Positions 49,981-64,000 of a DNA stretch of 64,000 nucleotides are shown one piece after another (positions within the stretch are counted from its first letter, which is position 1; each line of letters opens with the position of its first letter). The stretch spans positions 940 to 64,939 of the forward strand of contig JAGBHD010000009.1 in NCBI GenBank assembly GCA_018110785.1, written 5' to 3'. The notes below the pieces were generated by a model. That model made no database searches. It was not told the origin of the DNA and saw only the letters and a list, made by a program, of their open reading frames with translations. The stretch comes from Oscillospiraceae bacterium (GTDB taxonomy: Bacteria > Bacillota > Clostridia > Oscillospirales > JAGBHD01). Position numbers and translations under genes: made by a program.

Positions 49981-50873
49981 ATGACCTTTACGCAGAGAGT
50001 AAAAGCAAATCTTGCTGTATCAGACTTCGGAAGCCTAGATGAGAAAAAATCCGAGGTCTATGCTTTTTTGCTTTTTTCCTCTAAGGTATCGGAAAAAGAA
50101 ATTATTTTAGAATGCGATAGCGCTAAAATAAGAGACCGTTTTTTTGAGCTTATTTCTTCGGTTTTTGAAATCAAAGGGGAGAAAATCGAAAAAAGCGGAA
50201 AGCGCAAATATCTTCTTGAAATAAAAGGGGAGAGCGCTGGAAAGATTTACAGAGAATTTTTTGAAGATGAGATAAGTATAAGCGAAGAAAAAATTGAAAG
50301 CGAAAAGCAGTTCAGCTCATTTTTAAGAGGAGCCTATCTTGCATCAGTAAATTCCAGCGACCCCGAAAAGGAATATAGATTAGAGTTTTCTATAAAATCA
50401 ATGCCGCTTTGCATAGCCTTTATGGAGCTTTTATCTGAGCGGTCGGTTCTTTTAAGCTTTAATCAAAGAAACGAGCGCTTTATAGCATATACAAAGGATA
50501 GCTCATTGATAGAAGACCTTTTTGTTCTAATGGGAGCAGGAGCGGCTTCTTTGGAAATAATGAATGCTAAAATAGCAAGAGATATAACAAATAAAATAAA
50601 CCGCGTTATGAACTGCGACAGCGCCAATATGCGAAAAACCGAGCAGAACGCGGAAAAAGAAATAAAAGCAATAAACTATATTTTAGAAAAGGAAGAAAAT
50701 ATCCTCTCAGATGAGTTGCTTTCGGTTGCAAAACTAAGGCTTCAAAATCCCGATAGCTCGCTTTCTGAGCTTTGTAGTATCTCCGAAACTAAAATTTCCC
50801 GAAGCGGAATGTATCATAGACTTAAAAAGATTGTCGCACTAGCGGACGAGCTTTATAAAAAGGAGGCGAACAG

Positions 50874-50877
<4 letters not shown>
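49981..50877 (+). CDS. whiA: Sporulation/cell-division transcription regulator WhiA
   Basis: About 298 aa from ATG 49981 (MTFTQRVKANL..); the ORF opens at GTG 49972. C-terminal HTH (..LSELC...ISRSGMYHRLKKI..). Confidence 0.85.
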
Positions 50878-56597
<5,720 letters not shown>

Positions 56598-56607
56598 GGA
56601 GATAGAA

Positions 56608-58059
56608 ATGGAACTATATAATAAATCAGCATCAGAGCTTTCTAAAATGCTCCGCGCGAAAGAGGTATCGGCGGTAGAAATCGCAGATTCTGTTTATAAA
56701 AGAATCGAGAATGTAGATGATAAAGTCGGCGCATATTTGGAAACTAATTATGAAAAGGCTATCAAAATGGCAAAAAAAGCAGATGAAATGATAGCAGAAG
56801 GCAAAGGAACTGTTATGACAGGTATTCCTGTTGCCGTTAAAGACAATATCTGCGTTAAAGGGTATAAGGCTACCTGCGCTTCTAAAATGCTTGAAAATTT
56901 CGAGCCGCCTTATAATGCTTTTGTTACAGAAAATCTTATAAAAGCCGGCGCTGTTATAACGGGTAAGGTTAATATGGATGAGTTCGCAATGGGCTCTTCA
57001 ACCGAAAATTCAGCACTAAAAAGAACGGCCAACCCTCATGACCTTTCAAGAGTTCCGGGCGGAAGCTCAGGCGGTAGCGCCGCGGCAGTAGCAGCTCGAG
57101 AGGCTATCGTTTCCTTAGGCAGTGATACAGGCGGATCTATCCGTCAGCCTGCATCTTTTTGCGGAGTTGTAGGATTAAAGCCTACATATTCGAGCGTTTC
57201 CCGTTATGGTCTTGTCGCTTTTGCTTCTTCCTTAGACCAAATAGGTCCAATAGGAAAAACCGTAGCAGATACAGCCGCTTTATATAGTGTTATTGCGGGG
57301 AAGGATTCAATGGATTCAACCTCTTTAGAGGCTAATTTTAATTTATCTCTCGCTTCGGGCGGTAGTTTAAGCGGAGTAAAAATCGGTATTCCTAAGCAGT
57401 ATTTCGGCGATGGCGTAAGCGCTAAGGTTAAAGAGCTTGTTATGAATGCCGCTAAAACCTTAGAATCTGCAGGAGCAACCTTAGTAAATGTTGACCTTCC
57501 TGGAACAGATTACGCGCTTTCTGCCTATTATATAATTTCCTGCGCAGAAGCATCTTCAAATTTAAGCCGTTACGATGGCGTTAAATATGGATACAGAGCC
57601 GAGAATCCGAAAAGCTTAGAGGAGCTTTTTGTTCGTTCGAGAAGTGAGGGCTTCGGTGATGAGGTTAAGCGCAGAATTATGCTTGGAACATTTGTTTTAA
57701 GCAGCGGTTATTATGATGCTTATTATAAAAAGGCTAAGCTTTTCCAGCAGAAGTTAAAGGAAGAGTTTAAAACTGCTTTTAGAAGCTGTGATATGCTTTT
57801 AACTCCTACAAGCCCCGATGTAGCCTTCCGTATAGGCGAGATAGAAGATCCTTTAAAAATGTATGCTTCGGATATATGTACAGTAACTGTGAACTTAGCA
57901 GGTCTTCCTGCAGTAAGCGTTCCCGTAGAAGGAACTAAAGATAATATGCCGGTAGGAATGCAGTTTATCGGAAAACCCTTTGCCGATGCCGAAATTCTCC
58001 GCGTTGCAGGTATATATGAAGATTTAATCGGCGGCTTTAAAACACAGGTTAAGTTTTAG
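56608..58059 (+). CDS. gatA: Asp/Glu-tRNA amidotransferase subunit A
   Basis: 483 aa with amidase signature ..GGSSGGSAAAVA.. and ..GSDTGGSIRQPA.. Confidence 0.95.
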   Translation: MELYNKSASELSKMLRAKEVSAVEIADSVYKRIENVDDKVGAYLETNYEKAIKMAKKADEMIAEGKGTVMTGIPVAVKDNICVKGYKATCASKMLENFEPPYNAFVTENLIKAGAVITGKVNMDEFAMGSSTENSALKRTANPHDLSRVPGGSSGGSAAAVAAREAIVSLGSDTGGSIRQPASFCGVVGLKPTYSSVSRYGLVAFASSLDQIGPIGKTVADTAALYSVIAGKDSMDSTSLEANFNLSLASGGSLSGVKIGIPKQYFGDGVSAKVKELVMNAAKTLESAGATLVNVDLPGTDYALSAYYIISCAEASSNLSRYDGVKYGYRAENPKSLEELFVRSRSEGFGDEVKRRIMLGTFVLSSGYYDAYYKKAKLFQQKLKEEFKTAFRSCDMLLTPTSPDVAFRIGEIEDPLKMYASDICTVTVNLAGLPAVSVPVEGTKDNMPVGMQFIGKPFADAEILRVAGIYEDLIGGFKTQVKF

Positions 58060-58070
58060 GAGGAAGAAAA

Positions 58071-59510
58071 TTGGAATACGATATCGTAATAGGTCTTGAA
58101 ATTCATGCCGAACTTTCAACCGAAACTAAAATATATTGCTCTTGCCAAAATGTATTCGGCAAAGAGGTAAATACCAAATGCTGTCCCATCTGCGCGGGAA
58201 TGCCCGGAACTCTGCCTACCTTAAATAAAAAGGTAGTAGAGTATGCAGTTAAAATGGGAAAGGCTTTAAATTGCAGTATTAACCGCCTCTCCAAGCAGGA
58301 CAGAAAAAACTATTATTATCCCGATTTACCCAAAGGCTATCAGATTTCGCAGTTTGATATTCCTCTTTGTGAAAACGGATATGTTTTGGTTCCTATGCCC
58401 GATGGTGTTAGAAAAATCGGTGTAACAAGAATACATATCGAGGAGGACGCAGGTAAATTAGTCCATAACGACGCTTTTGTAGGCTCCTTGGTTGATATGA
58501 ACCGATGCGGAGTTCCGCTTATAGAGATAGTTTCCGAGCCCGACATGCGCTCTTCCGCAGAAGCAAAGGCATATCTCGAAACAATAAAGCAGATATTATC
58601 TTCTTTAGGTATTTCCGATTGTAAAATGGAAGAAGGCTCTATTCGTTGCGATATAAACGTATCGGTTAAGCCTAAGGGCGAGGAAAAATTCGGAACTCGT
58701 TGCGAAATGAAGAATGTAAACTCATTCCTCGGAGCAGTTCATGCTATAGATTATGAAGCCGCAAGACAGATTAAAATTCTCTCCGAAGGCGGCGTTATAA
58801 CTCAGGAAACCCGCCGATGGGACGACCACAAGGGCGAAAGCTTCCTTCTTCGTTCAAAGGAAGATGCTCAGGACTATAGATATTTCCCCGAGCCGGACCT
58901 TAGAACAATAGAGGTTACAGATGATCTTATAAATAAGGTTGAAAGGGAAGCAAAAGAGCTTCCTAATATTCGTCTTATTCGTTATCTCGAAAAAGAGGGA
59001 CTACCCTTTGACGATGCTTCTCTTATTTCCGAAAATGAGGGAAAATCAGCCTTTTTCGATGCCTGTCTTAAAATTAAGCCTACCCACGCTAAGGTTATTT
59101 CAAACTGGATTTTATCCGATATTTCCAAGCGCATCAATGAAACGGGCAAGGATATTTCCGAAATCGGTGTAACTCCCGAATTTTTAATTGATTTAATCGA
59201 AAGAGTAGAAAAGAAAGAAATTTCGGTTACAGCGGGAAAAGAAGTTCTCTTAGCTCATTTTGAAACAGGTAAGTCGGCAGGGGAGATTATAGCCGAAAAG
59301 GGACTTTCTCAGATAAGTAATGAAGATGAGCTTTTGAAAATAGCAAAAGAGGTTTTAGATAATAATTTAAAGCTTATAGATGATTATAAAAACGGAAAGA
59401 CCAATCTTTTAGGATTCTTTGTAGGTCAATGTATGAAGGCTTCAAAAGGAAAGGGAAACCCCTCAATGCTAAGCGGTATTTTAGCTAAGCTTATTTCCGA
59501 AAACTATTAA
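58071..59510 (+). CDS. gatB: Asp/Glu-tRNA amidotransferase subunit B
   Basis: 479 aa starting MEYDIVIGLEIHAEL..; TTG start with AGGAGG upstream. Confidence 0.95.
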   Translation: MEYDIVIGLEIHAELSTETKIYCSCQNVFGKEVNTKCCPICAGMPGTLPTLNKKVVEYAVKMGKALNCSINRLSKQDRKNYYYPDLPKGYQISQFDIPLCENGYVLVPMPDGVRKIGVTRIHIEEDAGKLVHNDAFVGSLVDMNRCGVPLIEIVSEPDMRSSAEAKAYLETIKQILSSLGISDCKMEEGSIRCDINVSVKPKGEEKFGTRCEMKNVNSFLGAVHAIDYEAARQIKILSEGGVITQETRRWDDHKGESFLLRSKEDAQDYRYFPEPDLRTIEVTDDLINKVEREAKELPNIRLIRYLEKEGLPFDDASLISENEGKSAFFDACLKIKPTHAKVISNWILSDISKRINETGKDISEIGVTPEFLIDLIERVEKKEISVTAGKEVLLAHFETGKSAGEIIAEKGLSQISNEDELLKIAKEVLDNNLKLIDDYKNGKTNLLGFFVGQCMKASKGKGNPSMLSGILAKLISENY

Positions 59511-59513
59511 AAA

Positions 59514-59541
59514 AGGACAATCCGATAAATCGAATTGTCCT
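59514..59541. terminator. Hairpin shared by convergent gatB and tRNA-Thr
   Basis: AGGACAAT ccgataaatcga ATTGTCCT. The T-run is 5 nt on the minus strand and 3 nt on the plus strand. Confidence 0.65.
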
Positions 59542-59542
59542 T

Positions 59543-59618
59543 TGGAGCTGGTGATGCGACTTGAACGCACGACCTGCTGATTACGAATCAGCTGCACTGC
59601 CAACTGTGCTACACCAGC
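59543..59618 (-). tRNA. tRNA-Thr (anticodon CGU)
   Basis: A 76-nt cloverleaf folds by hand. Acceptor GCUGGUG pairs with CACCAGC. D arm is GCAC/GUGC with a GG loop. Anticodon stem is GCUGA/UCAGC with loop UUCGUAA. T arm is GUGCG-UUCAAGU-CGCAU. The 3' CCA is encoded. Confidence 0.9.
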
Positions 59619-59628
59619 GCGCTATTTT

Positions 59629-59656
59629 ATTATACCAATCCTTTAAAGAAAGTCAA
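59629..59656 (-). promoter_or_regulatory. sigmaA-type promoter for tRNA-Thr: TTGACT, 16 nt, (TGg)TATAAT
   Basis: Minus strand reads TTGACT ttctttaaaggattgg TATAAT. The tRNA 5' end lies about 10 nt downstream of the -10. Confidence 0.65.
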
Positions 59657-59685
59657 GTAAATTTAATTAAAAAGGAGACGAAAAG

Positions 59686-60870
59686 ATGAAAAATAAGGCC
59701 CGAATTTCGGCGTTTTTTCTGTGCCTTTTAGTAGTATTTTCTTGCTGTTTTTCTGCATTTTCTTATGAGGTAGCAGAAATAGATGGTGCTGTTTCTGCCG
59801 GAATAGACTATTATAAGAATGTGCAGAAAGAAAAATATGAAGCTGATATTAATATAAAAGGCTCTCCGTTTCATGCAATGCTTCGCGCAGAAACAAATAT
59901 GATTCAACAAAGTGATTATTTCTTTATGGTGCCTGTTTATGATATCAGTACCGTCGGCGAATTTACAAAAAGCGATGAATTTGCAAAAGCAATCGTAATT
60001 TCTATTCTGTCAGGTCAGAATCCGAAAACAGCGGTAAGCGGAATAGATATGGTTGAAAAGCTTATATCAATGCAAGGCTCCGATGGAAGATTTATGTATC
60101 AGAATGAAGAGGGAGGACGGGATTTTTCTCTAGAGGGACAGCTTTGGGCTATAATCGCTCTGGATCTTATTAATGCCGATTATAACCGCGCAAAGGCTAT
60201 AAATTCTCTCTTTGCCTATAAAATGTCGGTCGGCGGATTTGCAGAAGAAGGCGCAGATGCTCCGTCTTTAGATTTAACCGCAACAGCGATAATGGCGCTT
60301 TCTAAATATACTAATCCCAAAATTGCAGATATCAGAAACCAAAGCGTAAACTTTTTAAAATCCTGCTATATTGATGGAGTTTTTACCCCTCAGGATAGCT
60401 CTTTGCCTAATGCTGTAACCCAAAGCTATTGTATTATGGCGCTTATAGCAGCAGGAGAAGCACTCTGGAACGAGCCTTATACAACCGCTGAAACAGATCC
60501 TATTAAATATCTTTTATCTTGTCAAGATGAAAGCGGCGGATTTTGGTACTCTGAAGCGGCAAAAACAGCAGGTGGCGAGGGCGACCATAAAGAGGCGGAG
60601 GACTTTGCATCAGCAGTTTCCCTTTGTGCCCTTTTAGATATAAAAAATACTCGTTCATATTTTTTAACAATAGGCGAGAAGTTTACCGATACAACCCAGG
60701 TCGCGGAAGAAGAAATCCCTGAGATAATAGTCTATGAAAGCAATTATGTGTGGACTGCGGCAGGAATTTTATTGTTAGTTTTGATCGCAGTCTCGCTTTT
60801 CGGATTGTTTGTTTCGAGAAAAGGCAAGAAGCATAGAATTAAAAAATTAAAAAACACTTTACAAAAGTAA
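59686..60870 (+). CDS. Secreted, C-terminally membrane-anchored protein with prenyltransferase/terpene-cyclase-like alpha/alpha-toroid repeats
   Basis: 394 aa with a signal peptide (..CCFSAFSYE..). Repeated Q/S-x-x-D/G-G-F/R-F motifs: MQGSDGRFMY, KMSVGGFAEE, CQDESGGFWY. C-terminal TM helix followed by a Lys/Arg tail. Confidence 0.6.
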   Translation: MKNKARISAFFLCLLVVFSCCFSAFSYEVAEIDGAVSAGIDYYKNVQKEKYEADINIKGSPFHAMLRAETNMIQQSDYFFMVPVYDISTVGEFTKSDEFAKAIVISILSGQNPKTAVSGIDMVEKLISMQGSDGRFMYQNEEGGRDFSLEGQLWAIIALDLINADYNRAKAINSLFAYKMSVGGFAEEGADAPSLDLTATAIMALSKYTNPKIADIRNQSVNFLKSCYIDGVFTPQDSSLPNAVTQSYCIMALIAAGEALWNEPYTTAETDPIKYLLSCQDESGGFWYSEAAKTAGGEGDHKEAEDFASAVSLCALLDIKNTRSYFLTIGEKFTDTTQVAEEEIPEIIVYESNYVWTAAGILLLVLIAVSLFGLFVSRKGKKHRIKKLKNTLQK

Positions 60871-60886
60871 AAAAGTGTGTTATGAT
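60858..60886 (+). promoter_or_regulatory. sigmaA-type promoter for rpsO: TTTACA, 17 nt, (TGt)TATGAT
   Basis: TTTACA (60858-60863, inside the end of the preceding ORF), spacer aaagtaaaaaagtgtgt, TATGAT (60881-60886). Confidence 0.55.
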
Positions 60887-60991
60887 ACTTAAAGCGCTTT
60901 GTCGCGGTTTTGCGGAATGTGCCCTAAATTTTGGGAAATGCCGTCTCCCTTAGCTGCGTCTTGCCGCTAATATTATAAAGAGGTGTAGAAA
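60887..60991 (+). promoter_or_regulatory. rpsO 5' leader (possible S15 autoregulatory element)
   Basis: About 100-nt GC-richer leader with several short complementary segments (GCGG..CCGC). I could not fold it convincingly by hand. Confidence 0.3.
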
Positions 60992-61255
60992 ATGTTAAAA
61001 GAAGAAAAAACCAAAATCATTGAAGCTCATGCAACTCATCCGGGCGATACAGGATCTCCCGAAGTTCAGATCGCTGTTCTTTCTAAAAGAATTGCTGATT
61101 TAACTGAGCATTTAAAGGCAAACAAAAATGACCATCATTCCCGCAGAGGTCTTCTCAAAATGGTTGGTCATCGTCGCAACTTGTTAAACTATTTGCAGAA
61201 AAACGATATCGAGCGTTATCGTGCAATCGTAGCTAAACTTGGCTTGCGTAAGTAA
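60992..61255 (+). CDS. rpsO: 30S ribosomal protein S15
   Basis: 87 aa with ..[41 protein letters not shown].. Confidence 0.95.
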   Translation: MLKEEKTKIIEAHATHPGDTGSPEVQIAVLSKRIADLTEHLKANKNDHHSRRGLLKMVGHRRNLLNYLQKNDIERYRAIVAKLGLRK

Positions 61256-61266
61256 GTAACCTATAA

Positions 61267-61294
61267 GGCAGGCGATAAACTATCGTCTGCCTTT
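61267..61294 (+). terminator. rpsO-pnp intergenic hairpin (leaky terminator/processing site)
   Basis: GGCAGGCGATA aac TATCGTCTGCC, an 11-bp stem with one G-U pair, followed by only TTT. Confidence 0.55.
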
Positions 61295-61323
61295 CAAGTT
61301 ATAAATAGAGGGATTTTATTTGG

Positions 61324-61379
61324 GGTTAGCAGTGAATTGTGGCTTTGCTGTAAGCAAGGTTAGAATTTATTGCTAAACC
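61324..61379 (+). promoter_or_regulatory. Long imperfect hairpin in the pnp leader
   Basis: 61324-61348 pairs with 61354-61379 in a helix of about 24 bp, with G-U pairs and one bulged A. Apical loop is TGTAA. It ends about 38 nt before the pnp ATG. Confidence 0.5.
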
Positions 61380-61417
61380 AAAAAAATCTCTTTAAAAAAT
61401 GTTAAGGAGAAAGAAAA

Positions 61418-63532
61418 ATGTTTGAGAATTACAAAACTTTTGAAACTACCTATGCAGGAAGAAAGCTTTGGGTAGAAACAGGCAAAACCTGTATGCTTTC
61501 CAATGGCTCTTGCTGGGTACACTATGGCGAAACTGTTGTTATGGCGAATGTAACTGCATCTGCAAAACCCCGCGAGGGAATTGATTTCTTCCCTTTAAGC
61601 GTTGATTTTGAGGAAAAGCTTTATGCAGTAGGAAGAATCCCCGGCTCATTCTTAAAAAGAGAGGGAAAGCCCTCTGATAAAGCAATTCTCGCTTCCAGAA
61701 TGGTAGACCGTCCTATCCGTCCGCTTTTCCCCAAGGATATGCGCAACGATGTTTCTGTTGTTATGACAGTTTTATCGGTTGACCCCGATTGCTCTCCTGA
61801 AATTGCAGGAATGATAGCAACCTCCATCGCTCTTTCTATTTCCGATATTCCGTGGAACGGACCTATCGCAGGAATCAGCGTTGGATATTGCAACGATAAG
61901 ATAGTTTTAAATCCGGGACTCGAGGATAGAGCTATTTCAAGACTTAACCTTACAGTTGCAGGAACTGCTGAAAAGATTGTTATGATTGAAGCAGGCGCTG
62001 ATCAGATTCCCGATGATATAATGCTTGAGGCTATCGCTGAGGGACATGAAGAAATCAAAAAAATGGTTTCTTTCATTGAAAGCATTAAAAATGAAATCGG
62101 CAAAGAGAAGTTTACTTTTGAGTCTATGGAAGTTGACCATGACCTCTTTGAGAAAATTAAAGACGAATATATCGATCAGTTTAAGTATGCTCTCGATACT
62201 GATGATAAAAATGTTCGTGAAGCTCGCCTTAAGCCCATTACCGACGCTATCCACGAGGCCTATGATAACGAAGATAAATCCAATGCAGGTCTTTTAGATG
62301 AGATTATCTATAAAGTTCAGAAAGTTATCGTTCGCCGTTGGCTTTTAGATGAAGGCAAGCGTGTTGACGGTCGCCGTCTTGACGAGATAAGACCTCTCGC
62401 TGCTGAGGTTGCATTAGTTCCGCGTGTTCACGGCTCAGGACTTTTCACAAGAGGACAAACTCAGGTTCTTACAATCGCAACATTAGGTCCTGTTTCCGAT
62501 GCTCAGCTTTTAGATGGTATCGATGAGCATGATACCAAGAGATATATGCATCAGTATAACTTCCCGTCTTATTCCGTAGGTGAAACAAGACCTTCAAGAG
62601 GTCCCGGAAGAAGAGAGATAGGCCATGGCGCTCTCGCAGAGAAAGCTTTAGAGCCTGTTATCCCTTCAACTGAGGAATTCCCCTATGCGTTAAGACTTGT
62701 TTCTGAGGTTCTTTCTTCCAACGGCTCAACCTCTCAGGCTTCTATCTGCGGATCTACCTTAGCATTAATGGATGCAGGTGTTCCGATTAAAGCTCCCGTT
62801 GCAGGTATTTCCTGCGGTCTTATAACCGAGGGCGACAGATGGATGACTATGGTTGATATCCAAGGCCTTGAGGACTTCTATGGCGATATGGACTTTAAGG
62901 TAGGAGGAACGCATAACGGTATTACCGCTATTCAGGTTGATATCAAAATAGATGGTTTAACCCTTGATATAATCAAAGAAGCGTTCGAGGTAACTCGCAA
63001 GGGAAGACTTTATATTCTCGATGATATAATGCTCAAAGCAATTCCTGCTTCTCGTGAGGAAGTTGGCAAATATGCTCCTAAGATGTTAACAATCAAGATT
63101 GATACCGATAAGATTCGTGATGTTATCGGATCGGGCGGCAAGGTAATTCAGAAGATTTGCGCTGATTGCAATGCAAAGGTTGATATCGAGGAAGACGGAA
63201 GCGTATTTGTTTCTGCTATTGATATCGCAGATGCGAAAAAAGCAATCCGCATCATTGAAACGATAGTTAACGACCCCGAAGTAGGCGCCATCTATAAAGG
63301 AACAGTAACAAGACTTATGAGCTTCGGCGCATTCGTTGAGATCGCTCCCGGAAAAGAAGGCCTCGTTCATATCTCCAAGCTCGATGATAAGAGAGTTGAA
63401 AAGGTTGAAGATATCGTTTCAGAGGGCGATGAGATAGTTGTTAAGGTTGTTGAGATAGACAGTCAGGGAAGAATCAATCTTTCCAGAAAAGATGCTATCG
63501 CAGACCTCAAAGCAAAAGCAGAGAATAACTAA
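61418..63532 (+). CDS. pnp: Polyribonucleotide nucleotidyltransferase (PNPase)
   Basis: 704 aa with two RNase PH domains plus KH and S1 domains (..GAFVEIAPGKEGLVHIS..). Confidence 0.95.
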   Translation: MFENYKTFETTYAGRKLWVETGKTCMLSNGSCWVHYGETVVMANVTASAKPREGIDFFPLSVDFEEKLYAVGRIPGSFLKREGKPSDKAILASRMVDRPIRPLFPKDMRNDVSVVMTVLSVDPDCSPEIAGMIATSIALSISDIPWNGPIAGISVGYCNDKIVLNPGLEDRAISRLNLTVAGTAEKIVMIEAGADQIPDDIMLEAIAEGHEEIKKMVSFIESIKNEIGKEKFTFESMEVDHDLFEKIKDEYIDQFKYALDTDDKNVREARLKPITDAIHEAYDNEDKSNAGLLDEIIYKVQKVIVRRWLLDEGKRVDGRRLDEIRPLAAEVALVPRVHGSGLFTRGQTQVLTIATLGPVSDAQLLDGIDEHDTKRYMHQYNFPSYSVGETRPSRGPGRREIGHGALAEKALEPVIPSTEEFPYALRLVSEVLSSNGSTSQASICGSTLALMDAGVPIKAPVAGISCGLITEGDRWMTMVDIQGLEDFYGDMDFKVGGTHNGITAIQVDIKIDGLTLDIIKEAFEVTRKGRLYILDDIMLKAIPASREEVGKYAPKMLTIKIDTDKIRDVIGSGGKVIQKICADCNAKVDIEEDGSVFVSAIDIADAKKAIRIIETIVNDPEVGAIYKGTVTRLMSFGAFVEIAPGKEGLVHISKLDDKRVEKVEDIVSEGDEIVVKVVEIDSQGRINLSRKDAIADLKAKAENN

Positions 63533-63556
63533 AAAAGCAGAATAACTCAAATTATA

Positions 63557-63592
63557 AAAGAAGACAGAGGAAAAAATCCTCTGTCTTCTTTT
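63557..63592 (+). terminator. Rho-independent terminator after pnp
   Basis: AAGAAGACAGAGG aaaaaat CCTCTGTCTTCTT followed by TT; 13-bp stem. Confidence 0.85.
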
Positions 63593-63606
63593 GTGCTAAA
63601 CGGCCA

Positions 63607-63963
63607 TTATTTTTTGTTGAATAAGCTTATGATTTTACTAAAGAAAGATTTCTTTGTTTGTTTTTTGAGATTCCATATTACCCCTGAATCAATCGTAATA
63701 CCGTCGTCAAGATAGGAAGAAAAAGCAAAATCAAATCTATCCCATGGTATGATTCCATCTTTAGCGAGCGAGTGATAATAGTCCATATAGAACATATCAT
63801 CCCATAGTCTATTATCAAAATCTCCTGGATCACCGTGGCTATTTGCGAAACGGTACATGCAAGAGATAGTTTCCGCTTTGCTTAGTCGCTTGGAGTGATA
63901 AGCCTCTTTGAGAAAAAGTCGTAACCTGTCGCAAACCGCATTTTCATCAAAACTCTGTTTCAT
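63607..63963 (-). CDS. Hypothetical protein (no family recognised)
   Basis: 118 aa, Trp/Asp/Tyr-rich (..NRLWDDMFYMDYYHSLAKDGIIPWDRFDF..) with a basic C-terminal tail. The local sequence is visibly more AT-rich than its neighbours. Confidence 0.5.
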   Translation of the reverse strand: MKQSFDENAVCDRLRLFLKEAYHSKRLSKAETISCMYRFANSHGDPGDFDNRLWDDMFYMDYYHSLAKDGIIPWDRFDFAFSSYLDDGITIDSGVIWNLKKQTKKSFFSKIISLFNKK

Positions 63964-64000
63964 ACAGTAGTTGTGTAGGCATGAAATAGTTTTGTCAAGA

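Noticed and set aside
59511-59700. Genomic-island integration at tRNA-Thr
   Set aside because: There is no integrase, no repeat of the tRNA 3' end and no phage or IS genes on either side. The flanks are gatB and rpsO-pnp core genes.
60854-60878. ACACTTT/AAAGTGT hairpin as a terminator for the toroid-repeat gene
   Set aside because: It has only 7 bp with an 11-nt loop and no U-tract, and it overlaps the rpsO promoter spacer. It is probably not a terminator.

Overview
AT-rich chromosomal segment from an endospore-forming Bacillota, probably a Clostridia-type organism. The assignment rests on spoIIE, a complete spoIIIAA-AH operon, whiA and DUF378/DUF951 genes; I cannot name a genus from sequence alone. 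The window holds about 57 protein genes, nearly all core housekeeping, and one tRNA-Thr(CGU). Three long co-directional arrays dominate. (1) 21.0-34.9 kb (+): spoIIIAA-AH, asp23-like, nusB, Kae1/TsaD-like, xseA, xseB, ispA, dxs, tlyA (interrupted), nadK, argR, recN. As I recall it, this largely mirrors the B. subtilis spoIIIA-to-recN region. (2) 40.8-45.1 kb (-): DUF951, prfA, tsaC/sua5, coaE, M18 aminopeptidase. (3) 46.3-59.5 kb (+): hprK, glk, murB, rapZ, whiA, dnaE, ligA, gatCAB. Other content: spoIIE, pyk, pepF, a GH130 + GH13 pair, xpt followed by a BMP-lipoprotein/ABC nucleoside importer, a GT2-GT2-asnA operon, an AI-2E transporter, lacZ (GH2), and rpsO-pnp. I found no rRNA, CRISPR array, transposase, integrase, prophage, toxin-antitoxin pair or recognisable defence genes. 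I do not see a convincing new multi-gene system; this looks like an ordinary core region. The best leads are modest. They are a single in-frame TGA splitting tlyA at a conserved Arg codon; asnA translationally coupled to two orphan glycosyltransferases; a short Kae1/TsaD paralogue in the slot that folD occupies in B. subtilis; an alpha/beta hydrolase whose nucleophile Ser is Gly; divergent pyk/pepF promoters sharing one palindromic -35 hexamer; two convergent gene pairs with overlapping stop codons; and a few unexplained conserved or repeated promoter-proximal motifs. All promoter, terminator and motif calls come from reading the sequence by eye, with no searches or folding programs.
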